This document shows, one piece after another, positions 23,497 through 32,497 of a DNA stretch of 33,649 nt. Every line of letters starts with the position of its first letter. Position 1 is the first letter of the stretch. The DNA lies in IMG/VR virus record IMGVR_UViG_3300017761_001735, positions 1 to 33,649 of that record; one strand, written 5' to 3'. The notes under the pieces were generated by a model. The model saw only the letters and a program-made list of their open reading frames with translations, had not been told where the DNA came from and did not search any database. Source of the stretch: a virus. Taxonomy: Duplodnaviria; Caudoviricetes. The translations under genes and the position numbers were made by a program.

Positions 23497-24495
23497 TCAG
23501 ACGAACTTCTCAACGACGCGCCGGTAGCCGAGGCACCAGTCTCGGAAGCCCCCGTTTCCGAAGCGCCGGCCAGCAACGAACAGTACGGCGGCTTCTCGTC
23601 GCCCTACGAAGCGTTCAAGGCTCTTCCCGACTTCCAAGGCCAAGACGATCTGGCCATCGCGCAGAACCTGTACCGTTCCTACAACGGCTATCAGGAAGCG
23701 CAGCGCGCCCTTCAGCAGTACCAGCAGGTTGTCCCCTACGCCAACGAGTACTTGCGGAACGAGACTGCTTTCCGCCAGTGGCAGCAGGAGCAGGCCAAGG
23801 CCGCACAGCCCAAGCCTGCCGAGCAGCCGAAGTGGTGGAACCCTCCCGCCATCAAGGACACCTACAAGTCCTTCATCGTCCGCGACCCGTCCACGGGCAA
23901 GGAAGTCATCGACCCGTCCGCTCCGTATGAGGCCCAGCAGGCTCTGCGTGAGTATCAGGCGTACACGGCCGACTTCGCCCGCAAGTTCGTCACGGACCCC
24001 GAGAACACGCTCAAGCCGTTCGTTGAGCAGGTCGCAATGCAGAAGGCTCAGGAACTGGTGCAGCAGCAGCTCAACCAGTACCAGGCCACCAACTACGTTT
24101 CGGACCTTGAGCGACAGAACGCTGACTGGCTCTACGACCAAACTGGAAACATCTCCCGTGAAGGGCAGGCGATCCAGGCGTACATCCAGCAGGCTTCCGA
24201 GATCGGGATTACCTCGCCCGAGGCCCGCTGGAAGTACGCAACTGGCATGCTGCAGCGAGACCTTCTGAACATCCGCTACCAGCAGATGCAGTCGGCACCG
24301 CCGCAGTACGCCCCAGAGTATGCCCCGCAGGTGCAGGCTGACCCGGTGGCAGCGCAGAACATGCAGTTCCTTCGGGAGCGTGCAACCCGTACCCCGAATC
24401 GAAGTGCAGGAACCACAGAGCCGCGGGCGCCGCGCCAGCGGATGTCTTTTGAAGATCGGCTTCGCGGCCAACTCGTTAACGATGGAGTTATCTGA
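23494..24495 (+). CDS. Capsid scaffolding protein (putative)
   Basis: Immediately upstream of MCP; acidic APVSE repeats, Q-rich helices, basic C-terminus. Confidence 0.7.
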   Translation: MSDELLNDAPVAEAPVSEAPVSEAPASNEQYGGFSSPYEAFKALPDFQGQDDLAIAQNLYRSYNGYQEAQRALQQYQQVVPYANEYLRNETAFRQWQQEQAKAAQPKPAEQPKWWNPPAIKDTYKSFIVRDPSTGKEVIDPSAPYEAQQALREYQAYTADFARKFVTDPENTLKPFVEQVAMQKAQELVQQQLNQYQATNYVSDLERQNADWLYDQTGNISREGQAIQAYIQQASEIGITSPEARWKYATGMLQRDLLNIRYQQMQSAPPQYAPEYAPQVQADPVAAQNMQFLRERATRTPNRSAGTTEPRAPRQRMSFEDRLRGQLVNDGVI

Positions 24496-25625
24496 TGAGC
24501 AGTTCGACTGACTGGGCACGCAGTATTGCAACGACGATTGTAAATCATCTTCGCGAGGAAGAGATTGCGTCGTTGCGGAAGTACAAAGTGTTCGCTGCCC
24601 TTGAGGGCAACGGTAACATCCGTACTAACATGTCGGGGCGAGGTTTTGACTGGGAAATCCAGTACAGAAATCACACTCCGAGCGGCAATAACGGAGAAAC
24701 TCCGCGGACCTTCGCACGCCAGAACCTCTGGAAGCGAGCAGAGCTGGAGTACCGTGGGGCACAAGTGACAGACGCGATTTACAAGAAAGAGATGCTGGAG
24801 AACCGCTCCGCTCAGGCTCTTGTAAACGTCGCTGGTAAGATGGCCAGCCGTCTCTTGACGAGCATGGAACAGTACCTCGCGCGTGAGTGGCTGCAGGATG
24901 GATACCTCGCAGGTAACGAGCTGCGGTTCCACGGCATTGAGAGCTTCATGGGCGCGACCCAGACGCTCAACATTGATTCGGGCACCTCGCCCGCTGGTCG
25001 CGCGGTCAACGCCAACGACCCGTTCTACTACCCCAACGACACCTACGCCGGTCTTTCGACCGTCCTCGGTGCGTACGGTGGTTCGCAGCGGGCTGGCAAC
25101 TGGCCGAACGGCTATGCCGATCCTGAGTTCGACTTCTTTACGCCTGTGATTGTAAACGCCTCGTCTTCGTACTTCGGTTCGACTACGTGGAAGGACAACT
25201 GCGTCAAGGCGATCCGCGAGGGTCTTCACCAGACCCGTCGTAACGACACCAAGGAAGACCAGATTGACATGGTCCTTCTTGATCGCCGGCTTTACATCGA
25301 CATGATGAACACGCTGGACGCCAAGGAGCGAGTGATCGTCTCCCGCGCGAACGGCCTCCGCAGCTATGGCTTCACGGATGTGTTTGAGCTGGACGGGGTG
25401 GAAATTTCGTCTGAGGGGAGTATCGGCGCCGTGTCTTCCACGGCCAACTCGGGCTACGGTTTGGCCGTTAATAACATGGAACTGCTGTGCATGGAAGGTC
25501 AGCTGATGAACAGCGAGGGACCTTTTTACGACGAAATTTCGCAGCAATATCGCTACGTGGTGTCAACGCTCGGCAACCTCAAGTTCAAGTCGCCGCGTAA
25601 CTTCTTCAAAATCATCGCCTCCTGA
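24495..25625 (+). CDS. Major capsid protein
   Basis: 376 aa; position after scaffold; HK97-fold-like pattern (KKEMLENRS, DG...N..RFHG.ES, GF.DVFELDGVEI, GNLKFKSPR). Confidence 0.8.
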   Translation: MSSSTDWARSIATTIVNHLREEEIASLRKYKVFAALEGNGNIRTNMSGRGFDWEIQYRNHTPSGNNGETPRTFARQNLWKRAELEYRGAQVTDAIYKKEMLENRSAQALVNVAGKMASRLLTSMEQYLAREWLQDGYLAGNELRFHGIESFMGATQTLNIDSGTSPAGRAVNANDPFYYPNDTYAGLSTVLGAYGGSQRAGNWPNGYADPEFDFFTPVIVNASSSYFGSTTWKDNCVKAIREGLHQTRRNDTKEDQIDMVLLDRRLYIDMMNTLDAKERVIVSRANGLRSYGFTDVFELDGVEISSEGSIGAVSSTANSGYGLAVNNMELLCMEGQLMNSEGPFYDEISQQYRYVVSTLGNLKFKSPRNFFKIIAS

Positions 25626-25642
25626 GAAAGGAATAGATTACT

Positions 25643-26278
25643 ATGGGTCTGCAGGTTGATCCTCCATTCGGTCTTGGTCAGACTTGGTTCTCGCTCGGTG
25701 CAGGCGAGTCGATCAAAAACGACAGCTACCACGGCATTCAGTCAGCCGCCTTGTACGGTGACAACTGGACTGGCTGCGTGAAAGAGTTCACGGATGTGAA
25801 CCCCATCACGGGTCAGGTTCGCACCAATCGTCGCAAGGTGTGCGTGGCTGTGAAGAACACTTCGGCGGGCGTACTGCTCCCGAAGCGGATCGTCACGTTC
25901 AACACCGCGGCCGGCAAGCTCTTCACCGAAGTCAACGGATACTCCCGTTTGACCAACGAAGAGCGAGTTGGTGTGGTTGACGAGTGGCTGCCAACGTCGG
26001 GCGTGGCGGTGAACGACATCTTCTGGGTGACCGTCAACGGCCCCACGGAAGTGTCGGCCGCTGTCTCGGGTACGGCCATCGCTGCCGGCGACCGCTTGGC
26101 TGCCATCACGGCTGCCACCAGCGGTGCAACGGTTGCGGGTCGGGCTACGCCAAGCGCTCTTGCTGGCGCCACTGGCCTGGACAACACGCCTCGCGGCGTC
26201 CTTGGCTATGCCGTGTCGGCCGGAACCACCTCTGACGGTTCAGCGGTGCTTGCACTGATTAACATCCCGGTGGCTTGA
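25643..26278 (+). CDS. Capsid decoration/cement protein (putative)
   Basis: Follows MCP; G/A/T-rich, GVVDE...FWVTV.GP...IAAGD...LGYA pattern. Confidence 0.6.
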   Translation: MGLQVDPPFGLGQTWFSLGAGESIKNDSYHGIQSAALYGDNWTGCVKEFTDVNPITGQVRTNRRKVCVAVKNTSAGVLLPKRIVTFNTAAGKLFTEVNGYSRLTNEERVGVVDEWLPTSGVAVNDIFWVTVNGPTEVSAAVSGTAIAAGDRLAAITAATSGATVAGRATPSALAGATGLDNTPRGVLGYAVSAGTTSDGSAVLALINIPVA

Positions 26279-26286
26279 GGTAACTG

Positions 26287-26520
26287 ATGAGCAGGAACCA
26301 GTTGATCATCGGGCTGGCCAATCAGCAGCTCGCCAATACGATCTGGGACGAACTCCAGCACCTGACTGGAAGTACGAACGCCCTGTCGATTGGCGCATCC
26401 ACGGCCAGCCTCGGGTTCTTCGGTGCCGCTGCTACGGTGCAGCCTGTGTGCCCAAACAGCAGCAACACCACCACCATTGCCAACGCGCTCCTGGCGCTCG
26501 GCTTGGTCAAGTCGGCTTGA
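26287..26520 (+). CDS. Small head-fibre-like protein
   Basis: LGFFGA..TVQP...IANALLALGLV motif; GAGG RBS. Confidence 0.6.
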   Translation: MSRNQLIIGLANQQLANTIWDELQHLTGSTNALSIGASTASLGFFGAAATVQPVCPNSSNTTTIANALLALGLVKSA

Positions 26521-26546
26521 GTATTGCCCTTATGGGCTTTCGGGGG

Positions 26547-26586
26547 ACAGCCGGTGCAGGCGCAAGCCGGCCGGCTGTTTTCTTTT
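26547..26586 (+). terminator. Rho-independent terminator after capsid operon
   Basis: ACAGCCGG...GGC-GCAA-GCC...CCGGCTGT then TTTCTTTT. Confidence 0.75.
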
Positions 26587-26588
26587 AA

Positions 26589-26759
26589 ATGGACGAACTA
26601 CTTTTCCTTATGAGCGATTCAGCCGTCCAGAACCTGGACTTCCTGCGTCAACTCATTGCCGAGGCTCGGCAAGAGAATCCGTACGCAGACATGGCCAAGC
26701 TGCGAATGCTGCAAGGGTCGGGCATGGGGACTGATTCCGCAAAACAGGAGGATGTCTGA
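26589..26759 (+). CDS. 56-aa hypothetical protein MDELLFLMSDSAVQNLDFLRQL...
   Basis: Read manually; TGATG coupling to next gene; start could be the second Met. Confidence 0.6.
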   Translation: MDELLFLMSDSAVQNLDFLRQLIAEARQENPYADMAKLRMLQGSGMGTDSAKQEDV

Positions 26760-28909
26760 TGACTTCTATGGCAAGGCCGACTAGTTCACCCATTGCCAAC
26801 AGTTCCTTCTCTCAAACTAACCCTAAGCCCCAAGCCACGGTCTATACCAATCCCGGCCGAGGCCCGCAGGAGAACGTCCAAGCCGGTGGCGTTGACTGGT
26901 TTGGATCTTTACGCCCGGCTTCGGCCCCCAAGACAAGCAGCGCCCCGAAGACTACTGGGTCTTCGTACCAAGCCTACGCACAGCAGGGGCAACCACAGAC
27001 AGGGGGGCCCCTTCCGCCGGCGCGTCAGCCACAGACAGGGGGGCCCCTGATTCTTCCGGAAGATGTGCCGCAGGGAGAGAAAGGCGTAGGCGTTACATAC
27101 CCGCAGCGTCAGCCACAGACAGGGGGGGCGCAGTCGATACCAACGCAGTCTCAAGGCACGCCGTACCAGGCGTACGCTAAGCCCGGCTTTGAGCAAGTGG
27201 GTGAGGTGGGTACGGCCGTCATGCGGGACTGGTACAATCCTAAGACCGGGCAAACTACCCAGACTAGCAGCGGCAACTACAGGCCGGTGGAAGGCAGCGG
27301 GTGGGTGTCAGGCAAGCCCACGCAGGGCCGAGCCGACGGCCCGGTTGCCACCATCCGCCAGCCGAGCCAGACTGTCACCGGAGATTGGCAGGGTTCTTAT
27401 GCTGCCGCGCCTGCGAGCCAGCGCCCGGCTCCTTTCCAGATGGGCGCCGCTCAGACTCCGTGGGGCCAGAGCATGGACCCATTCGCTGAACGTGATGCGT
27501 TCATCAACCAGCTCAACCAGCAGCGAATGCAGAATCAGATTGCATTCAACTCTGGAGGCATGACCGACCCGACTGCGGGAATGACTCCCGGGCTGAACTA
27601 CCAGCAGGCCATGCAACAGGCTGGCCTTGGTGGTGGCGCTCCGTCGATGGCTGCCAACTACGGCGACAGCATGATCAGTCGGCTGAACCAAGCCTTCGGC
27701 GGTCAGGGCGATCCCTTCGCGTTTGCCAACCAGCAGGGGTACTACCAGCCGCAATCGCCAGCGATGACTCAGCAGGCTCAAGCGTCCATCCCTTCTCAGG
27801 GCACGCTCCCCAGCTGGGCAGTCGGCTCCCCGCTTGACCAGCCACCCGGCGCAATGAACTGGGGCGACTGGGCTAGGATTCAGCAGCAGCAGGCCATGCA
27901 GGACCAAGGGCCCGGCCGCGAGGTTGTCTATTCTGACGGGACAAGGTCTTGGATCAAGGACCCGCAGGCCACCCCGCCACGGCCATATACGCCGCCCGCC
28001 TACTCACCCGTCAGTACCGTAGGCACCCCGCCACCGCCTCCGAGTGGGCCGGCAAATCCTTACGGCGCTCCCGTCACAGACCGCCCTGCGCCGCCACCGC
28101 AAGTCCCGCAGGCAAAAGACCAAAATCGCGCGAAGTTCTTGCAGGATAGGGCTTATGGCAGGATTGATTCGCCAACCGCCACGTACGACTCCTATGTAAA
28201 GACTACGCTAGATAACGTCACTGGTCAGGTATTGAACTCGCCGGCTGGCGTTGAGATGTACAACCACTATCAGTCAGCGGACCCGGCCAAGCGGATGGCG
28301 GCTGCGGAGCGTCTGAAGAGCCTGATATATGACAGGGCTTTGCAGCAGGGAGTTGCTCCTGGCGACGAGTGGTTCTCTAAGAAGACAGGCAAGTCAGCCG
28401 CGGGCGGAAGGGATCAGTATTTCAACGAAGCTATGGCGAAGCATTCCGCCAAGCAGTCGCCAGCAGGCAAGGCGCAATCCATTCAGCCGCCGTCGCAGGG
28501 AACCTCGCTCGGCTCCCGATTGAACGAGTGGGCCGCAGCCGGAAAGCCCGGAAATCCGGAAATTCAACTGATGCAGATCGGGAACTCAAGGATCGACGGC
28601 ACGGGCTTCGGGTCCATCACCGAGGCCGCGGCATACGACAGGTGGCTTTCGTCTCAAGGCGTGCGTCAGCCAACGCAAGGCGTAACGCCGGGTTACGGAA
28701 CTCCACCGCAAGGTCAGCCGCAAATGGATGCCAAGACTGGGCAATTCTGGAAAGACTATCTTTCATCTCCAAGGGTCAAGGATTGGGCGATGAATACGGA
28801 AGGCCCTGCCGCCGGGAACGCGAGGCAAAAGATGCAGGAGTTGGAACGTGGCAATGATCGCATTGGCATTGCTGGATACACGCAGCGGCCGTGGCAGGTC
28901 CGCGCATAA
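26759..28909 (+). CDS. Large P/Q/G-rich low-complexity protein (possible internal virion protein)
   Basis: 716-aa ORF, AGGAGG RBS, internal repeats QPQTGG x3 and SQGT x3. Confidence 0.8.
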   Translation: MTSMARPTSSPIANSSFSQTNPKPQATVYTNPGRGPQENVQAGGVDWFGSLRPASAPKTSSAPKTTGSSYQAYAQQGQPQTGGPLPPARQPQTGGPLILPEDVPQGEKGVGVTYPQRQPQTGGAQSIPTQSQGTPYQAYAKPGFEQVGEVGTAVMRDWYNPKTGQTTQTSSGNYRPVEGSGWVSGKPTQGRADGPVATIRQPSQTVTGDWQGSYAAAPASQRPAPFQMGAAQTPWGQSMDPFAERDAFINQLNQQRMQNQIAFNSGGMTDPTAGMTPGLNYQQAMQQAGLGGGAPSMAANYGDSMISRLNQAFGGQGDPFAFANQQGYYQPQSPAMTQQAQASIPSQGTLPSWAVGSPLDQPPGAMNWGDWARIQQQQAMQDQGPGREVVYSDGTRSWIKDPQATPPRPYTPPAYSPVSTVGTPPPPPSGPANPYGAPVTDRPAPPPQVPQAKDQNRAKFLQDRAYGRIDSPTATYDSYVKTTLDNVTGQVLNSPAGVEMYNHYQSADPAKRMAAAERLKSLIYDRALQQGVAPGDEWFSKKTGKSAAGGRDQYFNEAMAKHSAKQSPAGKAQSIQPPSQGTSLGSRLNEWAAAGKPGNPEIQLMQIGNSRIDGTGFGSITEAAAYDRWLSSQGVRQPTQGVTPGYGTPPQGQPQMDAKTGQFWKDYLSSPRVKDWAMNTEGPAAGNARQKMQELERGNDRIGIAGYTQRPWQVRA
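26993..27127 (+). repeat. Intragenic repeat CCACAGACAGGGGGG x3
   Basis: Copies at 26993, 27029 and 27113. Confidence 0.85.
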
Positions 28910-28912
28910 CGC

Positions 28913-28940
28913 TTGACTGATCTCTAGTTTACTGTACACT
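28913..28940 (+). promoter_or_regulatory. Sigma70-like promoter TTGACT-N16-TACACT
   Basis: Same TTGACTG-N12-CTGTACACT as 317-344; lies in the intergenic gap before the glycosyltransferase. Confidence 0.6.
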
Positions 28941-28965
28941 TATACACCAACCCCCGAGGTGTTTT

Positions 28966-29847
28966 ATGCAGCAAAAGTTCAACGTAGGTATCTGCACTTT
29001 CTCTTACGGCGGCAACGGCGGAATCTCCTCTGAGGTTCCTGACATCCGAGAGTGGATGGTTCCGCTTGTAGCCAACGCTTCCCAAGACGAGCGGATTGGA
29101 ACTATTCGCGTCTGGAACCTGGCCGACACGCCGATCACTATGACTCGCAACCGGGCCGTCCTCATGGCGCGGCAGAACGAGGTTGACGTTCTGGTAATGG
29201 TGGATTCGGACATGAAGCCCGACATCCTCATGGGGCAAGAGGGCGTCAAGCCGTTCTTCAACTCGTCCTTCGACTTCTTGGTGGATCACTACGCCAAGGG
29301 TCCGTGCGTCATCGGCGCGCCCTACTGCGGCCCTCCGCCCGTGGAATGCGTCTACGTGTTCCGATGGCAGCACATGCAGTCCGAGAACCCCAACCCGGAC
29401 TTCCAGCTTGAGATGTACGACCGGCACACCGCCGTGAAGCTGGCGGGCATCCAGGAGTGCGCTGCGCTCCCTACCGGCCTGATCATGTACGACATGCGGG
29501 CGTTTGATCTCACGGAACCAAAGACGGCCGAAGACAAGCCGTGGTTCTACTATGAATGGAAGGACAAGTTCTGCGCCGAGAAGGCGTCCACTGAGGATGT
29601 GACACAGACCCGCGACCTCTCCCTCGTTGGCACCCAGACCTTGGGATACAACCCAGTCTACTGCAACTGGGATGCGTGGGCGGGGCACTGGAAGCCCAAG
29701 TGCGTCAGCAAGCCCCAGTTCATCGACGCTAGTCAGATTGCCCAGAAGATGCGGCAGTCCTTTGAGGCCGGCGTGGATATGAACGTCAAACTGGTTGACC
29801 TCAAGGCGCCCGCTGACATTATGAGGCGATTGCCGGCGAGTGTCTGA
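28966..29847 (+). CDS. Glycosyltransferase family 2-like (GT-A fold)
   Basis: ITMTRNRAV, VMVDSDM (DxD), VIGAPY, TGLIM, PWF, TEDV, GH motifs. Confidence 0.8.
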   Translation: MQQKFNVGICTFSYGGNGGISSEVPDIREWMVPLVANASQDERIGTIRVWNLADTPITMTRNRAVLMARQNEVDVLVMVDSDMKPDILMGQEGVKPFFNSSFDFLVDHYAKGPCVIGAPYCGPPPVECVYVFRWQHMQSENPNPDFQLEMYDRHTAVKLAGIQECAALPTGLIMYDMRAFDLTEPKTAEDKPWFYYEWKDKFCAEKASTEDVTQTRDLSLVGTQTLGYNPVYCNWDAWAGHWKPKCVSKPQFIDASQIAQKMRQSFEAGVDMNVKLVDLKAPADIMRRLPASV

Positions 29848-30460
29848 CTACAAGGCTTGCATAGAGTGCGGGACCTCTTACCCCGCCACCACGGCCAACT
29901 TCCACAAGTCCAAGGACGGCTTCCATGCCAAGTGCCGGAAGTGCCGCAACAAGGGCGAGCGTGGCGCTAGGAAGAAGAAGCGGAACAAGAAGCTAGAAGA
30001 GATTGAGAAGGGTGCAGTCGATCTCTTCACGGCCGCTGCGAGGATTGGCGGGGCGAACATCCCGCACTCATCGGAGCTGCTGGAAGTCCTCATGGAGTAC
30101 TTCGGTGGCGTCCGCGGTTTCGCTAACGCCTACATGAAGCAGTTCTACGACGCTCCCGTTGGCGGTGCGTTTAGGACCAAGATGTTGGACTCGGTTGTCC
30201 GACTGGTCGTAGGGAATACGGCCATGGGCGGCGCCAAGAAGCCGCTTGAGCTGATGAGTGAAGAAGAGCTGGAAGCCGAACTCCGGAGACAGGTATTGGA
30301 GGCGGCAATGAGTCTCAAGAAAGTGGAGATTATTGATGAAGTGCGAAACCTGCCGTTGGTTCAACCTGATTCCGGGGCCGGGTCCGTGGGCGCAGTGCCG
30401 CCGGTATCCGCCGAGGTGGGTGGATCAGGAGACATGTGCGTACCCAGTGGTGACGGCTGA
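29840..30460 (+). CDS. Zn-finger protein, probable terminase small subunit
   Basis: CIECG...CRKC N-terminus; LELMSEEELEAEL motif; directly upstream of TerL. Confidence 0.55.
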   Translation: MSDYKACIECGTSYPATTANFHKSKDGFHAKCRKCRNKGERGARKKKRNKKLEEIEKGAVDLFTAAARIGGANIPHSSELLEVLMEYFGGVRGFANAYMKQFYDAPVGGAFRTKMLDSVVRLVVGNTAMGGAKKPLELMSEEELEAELRRQVLEAAMSLKKVEIIDEVRNLPLVQPDSGAGSVGAVPPVSAEVGGSGDMCVPSGDG

Positions 30461-30518
30461 AGACGGCTGCGGCGAACATGAAGAAGCACCCAAAGATTCC
30501 ACCGCCGCCGCCAGCTGA
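30336..30518 (+). CDS. Small Cys-rich phage protein (CETC...CRRYPP...GCGEH)
   Basis: GGAG RBS; recurrent phage motif CxxC...CRRxPP...PxV...DxCGE. Confidence 0.65.
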   Translation: MKCETCRWFNLIPGPGPWAQCRRYPPRWVDQETCAYPVVTAEDGCGEHEEAPKDSTAAAS

Positions 30519-32163
30519 AGGCCCCATCGGCGGGCTGACACAGCACGCTCTTGGGCAGATGAAGGACGTTCAAGCCGAACTGTCCGAACGTCGCCTTGAG
30601 GCGTTGCGCCTGTACGTGCCGATGCCGAAGCAAGATGACTTCCACAAGTGCATGTCCTCTGAGCGATTGGTGATTGGCGGCAATCGGTCAGGCAAGAGCG
30701 CGTGTTCATTCGTTGAGGATGCTCGCGCTGCCACAGGCCAAGACCCTCACGGGAAGTATCCCAAGGAGGGAGGCAACATTGTGATAATCGGGAAGAACTG
30801 GCAGCACATCGGCATGGTGGTCTACCCCATGCTGTTTAAGGCCGGGGCTTTTCGGATCATCAAGGATCAGGACACGGGCAAGTGGAGGGCCTTCAACCCC
30901 GGAACTGATTCCTCCCGCCAAAAGGACTCCAAGCCCGCACCGCCGTTGATTCCGCCCCGGCTGATCAAAGACATGTCATGGGTGCAGAAGAACGCCGGCT
31001 ACCTTAACAAGGCTGAACTCAACAACGGCTGGACCATCTACTGCTTCTCGTCTGAAGGCGAGCCGCCCCAAGGCTTCCAAGCCGACCTTGTACATATAGA
31101 CGAGGACATTAATAACGAGCGTTGGGTGGGCGAAATGCAGGCCCGTTTATCTGACAGAAAAGGGCGCTTTGTCTGGTCGGCTATGCCGTGGTCAAAGAAC
31201 GACGCGCTGCTTGGTCTTTGTGAACGAGCCGACAAGGCCGAGGAACTGGGCCAAGAAGTCCCGCTCATCAAGAAGTTCGTCCTTCGGTTCTTGGACAACG
31301 ACCACATCGACCCAGAAGAGAAGAAGAAGAACATCGAACGGTGGTCGGCTCTCGGGATGGATGAACTCCGCATGCGTGCCGAGGGTGAGTTCACAACCGA
31401 ATCGACGCTTATGTACCCGACCTTCAATGCGTCAGTCCACATGATGCAGAGGTCCGAACTCCCTGATGGACAAATCCCATCGGACTGGACGAGGTATGTG
31501 GGGATCGACCCAGGTCATGCGGTCATGGCGACTCTCTTCCTCGCCATCCCGCCAGACGAGAAGTTCTGGCTGATCTATGACGAGCTGTACATCCGCAACT
31601 GCAACGCGCTGATCTGGGGCGAGCAGTTCTGTTCCAAGGCCCTGGAGCAGAACATCTACACCGGGATCATGGACATGCACGGCGGTGCGCTGCGTGACCT
31701 TGGGTCGGGAAGACTTCCGCATGAGCTGTACTCCGAGGAACTCAAGAAGCGCAAGTTCCGCTTCCAGTTGACCAACACGCAGTTCATTCCGGGGTCGGAT
31801 GACATCCAGGCCCGCACGGCACTTGTCAGGCAGGCACTGCACATCAAGGGCGACGGGACAACCAGACTCAAGTTCTTGGAGGGCGGGTGCCCGAACCTCC
31901 TCAGAGAGATCAAGCGGTACAGGAAGAAGACAACGACGGTCAACGGCCAGGTCTACGTGACTGACGAACCACAGACCCGAGGCGAGGTCCACGCCTGCCA
32001 GGTCTTGGAATACCTCTGTGCCAACGAACCGAAGTACCACAAGCCACCCAGGACCTACGGCCCTACTCCATGGTGGGTGGACTACCTAGATCGAAAGAAA
32101 CGACGAGAGCGGGCGTCCGAAGACTCCTGCGTGATCCTTGGCCCTATGGGAAGCCGGAAATGA
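30478..32163 (+). CDS. terL: Terminase large subunit
   Basis: Q motif PKQDDFH, Walker A GGNRSGKS, Walker B LVHIDED, nuclease YVGIDPG. Confidence 0.92.
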   Translation: MKKHPKIPPPPPAEGPIGGLTQHALGQMKDVQAELSERRLEALRLYVPMPKQDDFHKCMSSERLVIGGNRSGKSACSFVEDARAATGQDPHGKYPKEGGNIVIIGKNWQHIGMVVYPMLFKAGAFRIIKDQDTGKWRAFNPGTDSSRQKDSKPAPPLIPPRLIKDMSWVQKNAGYLNKAELNNGWTIYCFSSEGEPPQGFQADLVHIDEDINNERWVGEMQARLSDRKGRFVWSAMPWSKNDALLGLCERADKAEELGQEVPLIKKFVLRFLDNDHIDPEEKKKNIERWSALGMDELRMRAEGEFTTESTLMYPTFNASVHMMQRSELPDGQIPSDWTRYVGIDPGHAVMATLFLAIPPDEKFWLIYDELYIRNCNALIWGEQFCSKALEQNIYTGIMDMHGGALRDLGSGRLPHELYSEELKKRKFRFQLTNTQFIPGSDDIQARTALVRQALHIKGDGTTRLKFLEGGCPNLLREIKRYRKKTTTVNGQVYVTDEPQTRGEVHACQVLEYLCANEPKYHKPPRTYGPTPWWVDYLDRKKRRERASEDSCVILGPMGSRK

Positions 32164-32486
32164 CTAGCTACGAAATGCCCGAAGTGAAGATTGGCGACAT
32201 GGTTTTGTTCTACGCCCATGAGGGTGCGGACCCTGTCATGGCCTTTGTGACCACCACAGCCTCGCGGACCCTGACCCTTTGGTCCGTGGTCCCCGGATAC
32301 GGCGGAGTGGAGAAGGCCAGCGTCCACCATAAGGACGATCCGGGGGTCCAAGAGTTCCCTGCTTGGAAGGATTACGGCTTCTGGGGACCCCGGCCGGCGG
32401 GCAAGGAAGCGATCCTGTCCGAGAAAGTCGCCCTTCTTGAGAAGAAAGTGGCCGAACTTGAGGGCCGGAAGGGCAATAGACAGTAG
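32160..32486 (+). CDS. Hypothetical protein with C-terminal coiled coil
   Basis: ATGA overlap with terL; KIGDMVLFY; LSEKVALLEKKVAELE. Confidence 0.75.
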   Translation: MTSYEMPEVKIGDMVLFYAHEGADPVMAFVTTTASRTLTLWSVVPGYGGVEKASVHHKDDPGVQEFPAWKDYGFWGPRPAGKEAILSEKVALLEKKVAELEGRKGNRQ

Positions 32487-32488
32487 GG
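32471..32488 (+). promoter_or_regulatory. Candidate late-promoter motif
   Basis: gggcaatagacagtaggg, 10 nt before the portal start. Confidence 0.35.
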
Positions 32489-32497
32489 AGAAGCCTA

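Noticed and set aside
23497-25547. Long minus-strand ORFs of 344 and 423 aa
   Set aside because: Antisense mirrors of scaffold and MCP caused by high-GC codon bias.
31104-31121. ggacattaataacgagcg as another late-promoter motif
   Set aside because: It lies inside terL far from any start and lacks the downstream TAR element.
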